Shown: in pieces, positions 1 to 7,958 of the stretch
Position numbering within the stretch: the stretch's first letter is position 1
Layout: every line of letters starts with the position of its first letter
DNA from: Candidatus Brocadia sp.
Lineage (GTDB): Bacteria > Planctomycetota > Brocadiia > Brocadiales > Brocadiaceae
Assembly (NCBI GenBank): GCA_021650915.1
Contig: CP091279.1
Coordinates: 1,680,001-1,712,000 of the forward strand
Length of the DNA: 32,000 bases
Direction: 5' to 3'
Notes under the pieces: model-generated
Told to the model about the DNA's origin: nothing
Database searches by the model: none
What the model saw: the letters and a program-made list of their open reading frames with translations, nothing else
Program-made: the position numbers and the translations under genes

Positions 1-679
1 CAGCCCCCACCAACAATGGAGCTTTTCCTGAAAACAGTGTTTTCTCTGCCACAACCGTTGGCTGTGATTCGGGGATCGTGGTGCGATGGCCCGTCAATAG
101 CCTGCGAACTTTTCCTGACTTCATATCCACCGTCACGATTCCAGCCTGACTGCCATCCCCTCCGTTTGCTATCCCTTCATCGGCGATAATGAAAACCCCA
201 TGATCCTCGTCAACTACCATATCATTATGTTGCGAAGTCGGAAGCGTCGCTGGTGCCGGGATATAGTATATTTTCTCAAGTCTATTAGTCCATGTGTTCC
301 ACCCGACAATTTTAGGTGTCACGTTATTACGATGTCCCATGTCCAACATCCAAACGATTCCATTAGAATCATTTCGGATGCCCAAAACGGAAGACAAAAA
401 GTAATCGTGCGTTTCGCTTGGTGTATTCCACTCCTCGTTTGGAAATGGTTCTATCTTCTTGGTTTTTACATCATATTTTACCACCCGGTATCTGGGTGAA
501 AAGAAAGGATGATAACTATACACCAAGTTCCCTTCAGGGGTAAAAGCGATATTGCCAACAGAGTGTTCGCTTGAGGCGAAAAGTTCCGCCTCGGCTTTTT
601 TGTTCGGATTTTGTGCCGTTACGGAAAACGCGAGAAACAATGTGCTGGCTGTTGCGATAAAAAGGAATATATTTTTCAT
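1..679 (-). CDS. Secreted major-royal-jelly/yellow (MRJP-like) family protein. The N-terminal 226 codons are in the window and the C-terminus runs off the left edge.
   Basis: Absent from the ORF track because it is open at the window edge. My reverse-strand translation from the ATG at 679-677 is stop-free to position 1. It reads MKNIFLFIATASTLFLAFSVTAQNPNKK (signal peptide) ...GIRNDSNGIVWMLDMGHRNNVTPKIVGW...VVDEDHGVFIIADEGIANGG...GIVTVDMKSGKVRRLL, which resembles bacterial MRJP/yellow propeller proteins from memory. Confidence 0.6.
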   Translation of the reverse strand, partial: MKNIFLFIATASTLFLAFSVTAQNPNKKAEAELFASSEHSVGNIAFTPEGNLVYSYHPFFSPRYRVVKYDVKTKKIEPFPNEEWNTPSETHDYFLSSVLGIRNDSNGIVWMLDMGHRNNVTPKIVGWNTWTNRLEKIYYIPAPATLPTSQHNDMVVDEDHGVFIIADEGIANGGDGSQAGIVTVDMKSGKVRRLLTGHRTTIPESQPTVVAEKTLFSGKAPLLVGA

Positions 680-901
680 AGTGATGGATTTTTGGCTAAC
701 AATGTTATTAACAAATTTTCTGTATTTGAACAAAAAGGCATAGAACATGTCAAGCAATAAACATTTATGTGACATATGAAGTCATCATAAATATAATTTC
801 TAACTCGTTAGTAACGCATATTGAGTGATAACAGGAAATAGGATAAGTATTCATGCTCAATATCCCTGCCGCTTTATTCACGAAATACAGCATACTACTA
901 A

Positions 902-1102
902 GGAAAAAATCGGTACCGGTTTCTGTGCATAATAAATAAGAAGTGGCTGAGATATTACCTTGATTTCTGCCATAAATACTGTCCTGGGTATGCTGACAGG
1001 GAATCCCTTAAACATTTTATGGTCAAATTGCATGAGAAACATCAATCTCCTGCAATGCAAGAGGAGGCAACACAAGCAGTGTCCCTTTATTACGAGATGC
1101 TG
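902..1102 (+). pseudogene. Remnant of a tyrosine-recombinase (integrase) N-terminal SAM-like domain
   Basis: The frame is open from 902 and reads ..KKWLRYYLDFCHKYCPGYADRESLKHFMVKLHEKHQSPAMQEEATQAVSLYYEML. This fits the W..Y..F / FL..L / QA..A..LY pattern of integrase N-terminal domains. No catalytic domain follows, because the argS stop converges at 1241. Confidence 0.3.
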
Positions 1103-1240
1103 CAAGCCGTCCCTCACCTTCCGGTAAACCCTTCGGGGGCAGCAGGCTGTCCGGGAATTGGTGTTTTAGCAAATTCTTGTGTCATAATTTGTGCTCATTT
1201 TGAGCTCCAATCAATCAAAAGGGATAGCATTAATAGGTAT

Positions 1241-2938
1241 TTACATCCGTTCTGGTGCTTGCATTCCAAGGATATGAAGACTGTTCTTTATAACTTGACG
1301 GGTGGCATCTACCAGTAATATTCTAGCCTTGGTCAGTTCCACATCATCCGACAAGACACGATGGGCATTATAAAACCTGTTCAGATTTCCACAAACATCA
1401 ATAAGATAATTACAGATCAAGGAGGGTTCGTAAAACTCTGCCGCCTTCATGATAACAGAAGGAAATTGTCCTAAATTCTTGGTCAAAATGGCAGCCTCGT
1501 CTTCTTTCAATAATGCGAAATTTATATCAATTGTGACAGGCTTCCCGTATTTCCTCAATATGCTGCACAGGCGGGCATGGGTGTACTGGACATACGGACC
1601 CGTTTCACCCTCAAAATTGAGCACTTCGTCCCAGTCAAAGGCCACGTCCTTGTTGCGTTTCGTGCACAGATCGGCAAAGATGATAGCCCCAATGCCTACA
1701 TCCCTGGCCACGGTCTCTTTCTTTTCCAACGAAGGATTCTTTTCCTCGATAATCTTTCTGACACGTTCAACGGCCTCGATTAACAGGTCTTCCAGCAGAA
1801 CGACCTTTCCTTTACGGGTAGACATCTTGCCGTCTTTAAACTTCATGAGACCAAAATCCACGTGCACACAACGGTTTGCCCAGTCATAACCCATTAACTC
1901 CAAGACCTTGAACACCTGATGAAAATGCAGCTTTTGTTCAGAACCAACCACATAAATCATTCTGTCAAAGTCGTAGGTCTTCTTCCGGTATTCTGCGGCA
2001 GCAATGTCGCGGGTGGCGTAAAGGGTGGTGTCGTCTTTTTTGCGCAGGAGGCATGGAGGCATCTGATAAGGCTCTAAATCCACAATCAGTGCTTGTTCGC
2101 TAACCTTGGACAGCCCCTTTTCTTTGATCCTCGTTACGGTATCTTCAACCATGATGTTGTAAAAACTCTCACCAACGAAGGCATCGAAGTGTATCCCCAG
2201 CATATCGTAGATCTTCTGAAATTCCTTCAAGCTGATGTCCTTGAAGTGCTGCCAGAGCTTATTTGCTTCAGGGTCTCCGGTTTCAAGCTTCCTGAACCAC
2301 GCCCGTGCCTCGTTTTCCAGACCGGGATTCGTTTCCGCTTCCTGGTGGAATCTTACATAAAGATTATTCAGGTCGGTAACCGTATACGTGTGATGGGCGT
2401 TTTCACTCCCCCATGTTTTATACGCAACGATCAATTGACCGAACTGCGTCCCCCAATCTCCCAGGTGATTGATCCCAACGCAGGTATAACCAAGGGTTTT
2501 ATAGACATTGCAAATGGCATTTCCGATCAGCGCTGAACGGAGATGGTGGACGGCAAGGTGTTTTGCTATGTTTGGGGAAGAGAAGTCGACAACAACCGTC
2601 TTTCCTTTGCCGGCATCCCTACGGCCATATCCGTCTCGTTCTTTAGAAATAGTCTTCAACACGGTCTCGGCCTGCGTTGACTTGTCCAGGAAGAAGTTTA
2701 TATAAGGCCCAACGGCCCGGATGGCTTCTATCGGTTTGACCACCGGCAGGGTCTGTGCAAGTTCACCGGCAATGGCGTTTGGGGATTTTTTCAGGGTTTT
2801 TGAAAGGCTGTAGCAGGGAAAGGCATAGTCTCCCATCCTGAAGTCAGGCGGTATTTCAATCAGTCTTTTGATTTCATCTTCGGGGAGGCCGATTTTCTCT
2901 TGCAACAAAGAGACGATATTTTTTATAAAATAGTCCAT
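1241..2938 (-). CDS. argS: Arginine--tRNA ligase
   Basis: The 565-aa product shows ArgRS features: SSPNIAKHLAVHHLRSALIGN (HIGH-region variant), DGKMSTRKGKVV (MSTR.G motif) and a C-terminal anticodon-binding region. The ORF-track start at 3013 is a GTG inside a repeat element. I prefer the ATG at 2938, which gives MDYFIKNIVSLL. Confidence 0.93.
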   Translation of the reverse strand: MDYFIKNIVSLLQEKIGLPEDEIKRLIEIPPDFRMGDYAFPCYSLSKTLKKSPNAIAGELAQTLPVVKPIEAIRAVGPYINFFLDKSTQAETVLKTISKERDGYGRRDAGKGKTVVVDFSSPNIAKHLAVHHLRSALIGNAICNVYKTLGYTCVGINHLGDWGTQFGQLIVAYKTWGSENAHHTYTVTDLNNLYVRFHQEAETNPGLENEARAWFRKLETGDPEANKLWQHFKDISLKEFQKIYDMLGIHFDAFVGESFYNIMVEDTVTRIKEKGLSKVSEQALIVDLEPYQMPPCLLRKKDDTTLYATRDIAAAEYRKKTYDFDRMIYVVGSEQKLHFHQVFKVLELMGYDWANRCVHVDFGLMKFKDGKMSTRKGKVVLLEDLLIEAVERVRKIIEEKNPSLEKKETVARDVGIGAIIFADLCTKRNKDVAFDWDEVLNFEGETGPYVQYTHARLCSILRKYGKPVTIDINFALLKEDEAAILTKNLGQFPSVIMKAAEFYEPSLICNYLIDVCGNLNRFYNAHRVLSDDVELTKARILLVDATRQVIKNSLHILGMQAPERM

Positions 2939-3095
2939 AACGCAGCGCAGCCGCAACCAATTCACCGTTGTGAAAGCAGGAGATTGCTTCGGACAAGACC
3001 CTCGCAATGACACTGGCTATTTCTTTGATGACATACGGTACGTTGTCATTGCGAGCACATTCGTTGTGCTCAGTGTAAACTCCGCGAAGCAATTC
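2939..3095. repeat. Uninterrupted copy of a nested palindromic repeat element (the 'ctcgcaatgaca / tgtcattgcgag' family) in the argS 5' region
   Basis: The inner arms ctcgcaatgaca (3001-3012) and tgtcattgcgag (3044-3055) are perfect reverse complements. The outer arms are gagattgcttcgg (about 2980-2992) and cgcgaagcaattc (3083-3095). The left half is about 80% identical to 27453-27527 and the right half to 29033-29103. Confidence 0.75.
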
Positions 3096-3219
3096 TTCTT
3101 TTATAGATAAACGGTGCCTTCTGATAAGGAATAAATAGGGTTGTCAAAAAACTTGCAAAAAAAGAACGATTTTATACAGTAATACTATAAATTCAATAAC
3201 CCTTCAGAAAAACGTTGAA

Positions 3220-3284
3220 GGTGGATTCGGCGCAAAAGACAGCGCCTTAATCGTTCGACTGAGCGCTCACGACGAAGTCCACCC
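3220..3284. repeat. Palindromic repeat of the 'ggtggattcggcg...' family
   Basis: The sequence is ggtggattcggcgcaaaagacagcgccttaatcgttcgactgagcgctcacgacgaagtccaccc. Its first 33 nt are an inverted near-copy of 16031-16067. Positions 3249-3279 recur at 12970-12999, matching 26 of 31 by hand alignment. Confidence 0.65.
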
Positions 3285-3462
3285 TGCACAAACTACCACA
3301 ACCAAATTAACCAAGCCTCTTTCCATCCTGACTGGTTTACTCTTTAAGACTGGACATTATATTTTGATAGGGTACCGGGGTTTACCTTTGTGTCATGACA
3401 TGCCAAATGTTTAGTAGCGTTGTCAAGTGGAGACCTGAGAAAAGTCCTCCAATGTATAGTTG

Positions 3463-3882
3463 TCACGCATCAAAGCCGTTGTAGTAATAGGCAAGCCGAA
3501 TTTTGGTAACGTTCAGCGCCCCGGCAACACTCCATTTGCTCACATTCACCCGCAGGTTAACCGTACGCATGACGCGCTCTACTTTACTTGTCGTTCTGCC
3601 ATTGAGCCTCTTTTCTATCGCCGTAAACATATCAGGCCTGGCATTCTCAAGATAGGATGCGGTATGAGTATATCCCTTCGACAAACAATGCTGAATCACC
3701 GCATCCAATCGTTTCCTCTTGGACTCTATCATTTTCTCGATGGTCTTCTGACAATCAACCAATGGCCGTATCGCACAGACCTCCATAAGCTCCGACATCA
3801 CCTCCAGCCATTCTTTCCCTTGCTCTTGACCCCATCTTGCCACAATACATACTTTGCCTGATACGGAATATGCCACAAACAT
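3463..3882 (-). CDS. DDE transposase, downstream frame (-1 relative to 3798..4694), carrying the C-terminal part of the catalytic domain
   Basis: The frame overlaps the upstream frame by 85 nt. It contains ..TSKVERVMRTVNLRVN..KWSVAGALNVTKIRLAYYYNGFD, a C-terminal motif type seen in ISLre2/ISKra4-like transposases. The ATG at 3882 is probably not a real start. Confidence 0.6.
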   Translation of the reverse strand: MFVAYSVSGKVCIVARWGQEQGKEWLEVMSELMEVCAIRPLVDCQKTIEKMIESKRKRLDAVIQHCLSKGYTHTASYLENARPDMFTAIEKRLNGRTTSKVERVMRTVNLRVNVSKWSVAGALNVTKIRLAYYYNGFDA

Positions 3883-4694
3883 CTCTGTACAAGCACCTTG
3901 ATCTTCCCTTTCAAACTATCCAAAATAGAGGTGTCTCCATCGGTTATCAAAAGAAACTGGGAAAACTTCCTGAACACCTTAACACTCTTACCAAACAGCG
4001 TATCCCAACTACCGTTGTAATCCCCTATGTCAAGCCCTGCCACTCTCACCCCTCCACCGCTCTTGTATTGCACAAAGACCTTGAGTTCCTTGCCTCGTTT
4101 GGCTATCCCCTTAATCCCTACCCCTGTCCCGTCTGCTTCTCCCAGGGGAAGTCCCTTCTCGTCGAGTTGAAAATCTATCTCTGCTGCCGTCTTTTGTACC
4201 GATTTCCCTATCGTCATCTTGTCTACTGTCCAGCCAAACATCGACACGATCTTCTTCGCTACCCGGTAGGTCGTTAACGATCCTACCAGCCCAAGCTTCC
4301 GATACGTCTCCGGTGGTATTCGCTTCATCCGCTCCATCCCCAGAAGCTTTCGCGTTATATACATCTTATGACCGCACCTCTTGCACTGCACCTGCAACTG
4401 CTCTAATCTCAACCACTGAAAGACCGTCAGTATCTTCGTCTCTTTTCCATGCCTCGTCTTCCAGATAAACTCCTTGTCATTCCCACATTCGTCGCAGCAA
4501 AATGGCTTCCGTGATTGCGCCATCGCACTCTCACCAAAACCAACCACGATCTTCTGAATAAAATCCCTTAATATCTCCGGCAGTATCTTGCAAAATGCCT
4601 TGAGAATCGACTCCAGGCTGCCGTCCTTTAATTCAACCCGAATTTGACAACCAAATTCTATTGTGATACCATCTGTGCATGGGGTTGCTCCCAT
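3798..4694 (-). CDS. DDE transposase, upstream frame (N-terminal zinc ribbon plus the first two acidic motifs)
   Basis: ATG at 4694 preceded by the SD aaggaggg. The product has CCDECG...CKRCGH (zinc ribbon), EADGTGVGIKG, LLITDGDTSILD and QRCLWHIP. The frame ends 13 nt after a GGGAAAG heptamer. Confidence 0.75.
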   Translation of the reverse strand: MGATPCTDGITIEFGCQIRVELKDGSLESILKAFCKILPEILRDFIQKIVVGFGESAMAQSRKPFCCDECGNDKEFIWKTRHGKETKILTVFQWLRLEQLQVQCKRCGHKMYITRKLLGMERMKRIPPETYRKLGLVGSLTTYRVAKKIVSMFGWTVDKMTIGKSVQKTAAEIDFQLDEKGLPLGEADGTGVGIKGIAKRGKELKVFVQYKSGGGVRVAGLDIGDYNGSWDTLFGKSVKVFRKFSQFLLITDGDTSILDSLKGKIKVLVQRCLWHIPYQAKYVLWQDGVKSKGKNGWR

Positions 4695-4807
4695 ATAGCC
4701 CTCCTTTTCTTTATGGTTTAGTTTCTTGTATCAAAACTATTTTTTACCATATTTGGAGGGCTTTTTCTTTAACCAAGTCTCTCTTTTTCTACTCTACCAA
4801 ATGTTTA

Positions 4808-4831
4808 GGTTCAATCGGGGACGATTGAACC
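4808..4831 (-). terminator. Perfect 10-bp hairpin just downstream of trpS (possible terminator or REP-like hairpin)
   Basis: The sequence is ggttcaatcg-ggga-cgattgaacc, starting 28 nt after the trpS stop. There is no clear U-tract. It directly abuts the right copy of the 12-bp IS direct repeat. Confidence 0.35.
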
Positions 4832-4858
4832 AGCAGGAGATAAGACACTTCTGTTTTA

Positions 4859-5836
4859 TCATCTCAGCCCCATCTTCTTTTTTACATCCGTCATGGTATT
4901 CACGGCTATGTCCCTGCATTTCTTTGCCCCGGCGTGCAGGATGTCTGCAAGATAGTCCGGATCGCTGATCAATTGTTCGTATCTCATGCGAATAGGGGCC
5001 AGCGCCTCGACGATGTTATCTGACAAGATCTTTTTGCATTCGATACAGCCGATCTCCGCCGTCCGGCATACCGTGTTGATACGATCGATCTGTTCCTTTC
5101 TGGAAAAATACTTATGTAAGGTAAAGAGATTACAGATGTCAGGATTGCCAGGGTCGGTGCGCCTCTTCCGGTTTTCATCGGTTACGGCCGTGGAAAGCTT
5201 CTTCCAGATCGACTCAGGCGTTTCTACGAGCGAGATGTAATTTCCCAAACTCTTGCTCATTTTCGTCTTGCCATCGAGTCCCATGATACGCGGGGCATCA
5301 GAGAGCACTTCAACCGGGTCCGGAAATGTCTCGCCATACCGCATATTAAATTTTCTGGCGATCTCCCTCGCCAGTTCTATGTGTTGTACCTGATCCTCGC
5401 CTACGGGCACGGCTTCACCATGATACAGCAGGATGTCTGCTGCCTGTAAAACAGGATAGGTAAATAACCCAGCATTGATATTTTCCCGGTGCTGCTTCGA
5501 CTTGTCCTTGAACTGGGTCATGCGTTCCAGATGACCCATGGGAGTTACCGTGTTGAGTATCCATGCGAGTTCGGTATGCTCTGGCACGTAGGACTGGACG
5601 AAGATAATGCATCGCTCCGGATCCAGGCCGGCGGCAATATTAACCGCTGCGGCATTGAGAATACGCCTCTGCATGTCAGCCGGGTTGTATTCAATCGTAA
5701 TGGCATGATAATCCACAATGCAGAAGATGCAGTCGTACTGGTCAATCATCCGTACCCAGTTTTTCAGTGCCCCCAGATAATTGCCGATGTGCACGTCCCC
5801 GCTGGGCTGAATCCCGCTGAATAACCGCTTTTTCAT
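4859..5836 (-). CDS. trpS: Tryptophan--tRNA ligase
   Basis: The 325-aa product begins MKKRLFSGIQPSGDVHIGNYLGALKNW (class I HIGH region) and contains KTKMSKSLGN (KMSKS). ATG at 5836 with the SD aagga 9 nt upstream. Confidence 0.95.
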   Translation of the reverse strand: MKKRLFSGIQPSGDVHIGNYLGALKNWVRMIDQYDCIFCIVDYHAITIEYNPADMQRRILNAAAVNIAAGLDPERCIIFVQSYVPEHTELAWILNTVTPMGHLERMTQFKDKSKQHRENINAGLFTYPVLQAADILLYHGEAVPVGEDQVQHIELAREIARKFNMRYGETFPDPVEVLSDAPRIMGLDGKTKMSKSLGNYISLVETPESIWKKLSTAVTDENRKRRTDPGNPDICNLFTLHKYFSRKEQIDRINTVCRTAEIGCIECKKILSDNIVEALAPIRMRYEQLISDPDYLADILHAGAKKCRDIAVNTMTDVKKKMGLR

Positions 5837-5948
5837 AAAAAGTATCCTTATCTTTGACTCCTATTCACCGTCGAGGGCACAGAGTGCGCAGAGAAAGAAG
5901 AGAATTGTTAATAATGAAATACCTGCAAATTTAATTATACTCCACAGA

Positions 5949-6018
5949 CTCACAATTTGTGATTTATAGTAGTCCAACACGGACAAACAGAGTTTGTCCA
6001 TGCCACCTTATTATCAAT
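5949..6018. repeat. Composite small repeat: cacaatttgtg palindrome plus a 'cacggacaa..ttgtccatgccacc' hairpin
   Basis: Positions 5949-5968 (ctcacaatttgtgatttata) recur at 21347-21366 with 1 mismatch. Positions 5978-6018 recur at 23543-23583. The unit is flanked by an imperfect inverted pair rich in gcagag (5878-5897 and 6052-6070). Confidence 0.6.
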
Positions 6019-6082
6019 TTAAAATTCACATTTTATGAGCACCTTGAGTATATCTCTGCGTTCTCTGCGGTAAATATTTTTT

Positions 6083-7270
6083 TTACAAGACCCTTGGTAA
6101 TATCTTTTTGATTCGCCTGGCTGCTTCTCTGGTGTTTTTAATACTGGGCACCAGGGCGAACCGTACATACCCTTCGCCAGGGTTTAATCCGGTTTCTGTT
6201 TTATCACTGATCCATGCACCAGGAGTCGTTACTATAGCAATTTCAGGCGAAAGGAGTTTCTGTGCAAAGCTGACAGAGGTCATTCCCTCCGGCACCTTTT
6301 GCCAGAGATAAATTGTTGCTTCCGGGGTACAGTCAGGAAGTTTGATACGACGGAACGCATCCACCAGCAAATCCCTTTTGATCCGGTATTCGGCCTTCAT
6401 CTTTTCCACATGCGTTTCGTCACTGAGGGCGGCAATCGCTCCATCCTGGATAAACGTGGCCGTACCCGAATCAATGTTGGTCTTCACCTTTTTAAATATG
6501 TCTACAATCCGCTTGTCACCTGCCACCCAGCCCACACGGTAACACGTCATGGCGCTTCTTTTAGAGAAGGAGTTAAAGACAATGACACCTTCCTTGGTGA
6601 CCTCCAGGATACTGTGGGGTGGTTCGCCAAAGTAAATTTCACTGTAGGCCTCATCGGAGGCGATAATGATGTTATGCCTTTTTCCAAATTCCACGACCTC
6701 TTTTAAATACGATAGCGGCGCTACGGCTCCAGAGGGGCTATTCGGGTAATTGATCCACATGATCTTTGTATTCTTGCAGACTTCTTCAGGGATCGATTTC
6801 AGGTCGATCAGAAATTTGTTTTCTGCCAGGAGCGGCACATAGTAAGGAATCCCTTCAGCAAACAAAGTCCCTCGTGTATAGGGTGGATAGCCTGGTGTAG
6901 GGATAATCACAGAATCGCCGGGATTAACGATTCCCTCCGGAAAATTGAACACCGCTTCTTTTGAGCCAATGGTGGAAGAAATTTCTGTAGCTGGGTCCAT
7001 CTGGATGCCAAACCTCTTGTGAATCCACTGGGCTATGGACTGACGAAATTCAGGGGCGCCTATATAACTCGGATACCCTGAAGATTTGCGGTTGGTTAGC
7101 CCTTTCTGGGTAGCCTTGCGTACAACATCCGGTGTCGGTACCGTAGGATCGCCCACTCCGAAATCAATCGGGGTAATTCCCAGGGACTTTAACTTTTCAA
7201 CTTCCTTGTCTACTTCTGCAAAGGCGTATGCCCCAATGGACTGTAGCCTCTTTGACGCCGTAATCTCCAT
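6083..7270 (-). CDS. Class I/II PLP aminotransferase, probably LL-diaminopimelate aminotransferase (DapL type)
   Basis: Contains RLQSIGAYAFAEVDKEVEKLKSLGITPIDFGVGDPTVPTP and NSFSKRSAMTCYRVGW (PLP-lysine motif). I chose the ATG at 7270 (MEITASKRLQ) with the upstream gggaaagga. The ORF-track start at 7333 adds 21 unlikely residues. Confidence 0.7.
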   Translation of the reverse strand: MEITASKRLQSIGAYAFAEVDKEVEKLKSLGITPIDFGVGDPTVPTPDVVRKATQKGLTNRKSSGYPSYIGAPEFRQSIAQWIHKRFGIQMDPATEISSTIGSKEAVFNFPEGIVNPGDSVIIPTPGYPPYTRGTLFAEGIPYYVPLLAENKFLIDLKSIPEEVCKNTKIMWINYPNSPSGAVAPLSYLKEVVEFGKRHNIIIASDEAYSEIYFGEPPHSILEVTKEGVIVFNSFSKRSAMTCYRVGWVAGDKRIVDIFKKVKTNIDSGTATFIQDGAIAALSDETHVEKMKAEYRIKRDLLVDAFRRIKLPDCTPEATIYLWQKVPEGMTSVSFAQKLLSPEIAIVTTPGAWISDKTETGLNPGEGYVRFALVPSIKNTREAARRIKKILPRVL

Positions 7271-7358
7271 GGATATCGTTCCTTTCCCTTTCTTCCTTTC
7301 TTCAACTTCGCAGGATGCCCTGCGGTAATTCACCGTACAGAAATTTCACCCCTCAAAA

Positions 7359-7409
7359 TCCCCTCGTAAACTGGGGGGACACACTTTTTATCCCCCGTTT
7401 ACGGGAGGA
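7359..7409. repeat. Inverted pair of 'ccccNcgtaaacNgggg' hairpin units
   Basis: tcccctcgtaaactgggggga (7359-7379) and tcccccgtttacgggagga (7391-7409) are near reverse complements of each other. Related cccc..gggg units occur at 26494-26509 and 26536-26552. Confidence 0.5.
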
Positions 7410-7449
7410 ACACAGGGGGTAAAAGCCACCGAAGGTCTAAGGTAATACG

Positions 7450-7950
7450 CTATTTTTTTGATGGGTCGGTAATTGCCGGCCTTACCGGACTCCTTTTGGC
7501 GGTCATCTCCCTGATCTCTATTTCAAGCACATTGGTCTTATTCAGCATAGCATCAGTAAAGGGAACTTTAGGATTTTGAGGCGCATACTTTTCGGCAAGC
7601 TTCCGGAGGGCGTAATTCTTTGCATCAACTTCGGAAAGGATTGTGATGGTACCAAAAAGCACAACCGACCGGTATGCAACCGAGGAGGCACAGGTGGGTT
7701 GCTTTACTATTACCTCTTTTACTTCCTCCACCTCAAAGCAGACATTCGGATTGCTCCTGATATTCTGTAATTTTCGTCCTTCCTGTGCACAATGGAGAAA
7801 TATTCGGGAGCTTTCTCTATCGTACGTGTAATTCATGGGTGTAATATACGGAATCCCGTCAGCGCACGTCCCCAGCCTTCCCACCATAGCCGTCAGCAGA
7901 ATCTCTTCGATCTCGTCCCCGTCGGTTATTTCTTTGTCTTTCCTTCTCAC
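7450..7950 (-). CDS. Pyridoxamine 5'-phosphate oxidase family (FMN-binding split-barrel) protein
   Basis: The N-terminus MRRKDKEITDGDEIEEILLTAMVGRLGTCADGIPYITPMNYTY is typical of the Pyridox_ox_2/NimA-like family. GTG start at 7950, 8 nt after the upstream stop. Confidence 0.75.
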   Translation of the reverse strand: MRRKDKEITDGDEIEEILLTAMVGRLGTCADGIPYITPMNYTYDRESSRIFLHCAQEGRKLQNIRSNPNVCFEVEEVKEVIVKQPTCASSVAYRSVVLFGTITILSEVDAKNYALRKLAEKYAPQNPKVPFTDAMLNKTNVLEIEIREMTAKRSPVRPAITDPSKK

Positions 7951-7958
7951 GGCACGGA

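Larger units (their letters stand above)
3415..4796 (-). mobile_element. Insertion sequence of about 1.38 kb encoding a zinc-ribbon DDE transposase (family unresolved, ISLre2/ISKra4-like)
   Basis: A 12-bp direct repeat ccaaatgtttag (3403-3414 and 4797-4808) brackets the segment. The ends are imperfect inverted repeats: tagcgttgtcaagtggagacc..agaaaagtcctccaatgtat on the left, against the reverse complement of the right end, tagagtagaaaaagagagactt..agaaaaagccctccaaatat. The only coding content is the transposase. Confidence 0.55.

Noticed and set aside
200-499. 99-aa plus-strand ORF at the left edge
   Set aside because: It is antisense to the stop-free 226-codon MRJP-like reading frame, which has a signal peptide and family-like motifs.
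2874-3092. 72-aa ORF here and the 68-aa ORF at 27349..27555, sharing ..LVAA(A/V)LRY..
   Set aside because: The shared peptide is simply the translation of the dispersed palindromic repeat. This is repeat DNA, not a paralogous gene family.
5837-6082. T-box or riboswitch leader upstream of trpS (and of argS at 2939-3200)
   Set aside because: No T-box core or specifier-loop arrangement is recognisable, and the regions are occupied by dispersed repeats. The 50-codon ORF starting MDKLCLSVL is read from the hairpin repeat.
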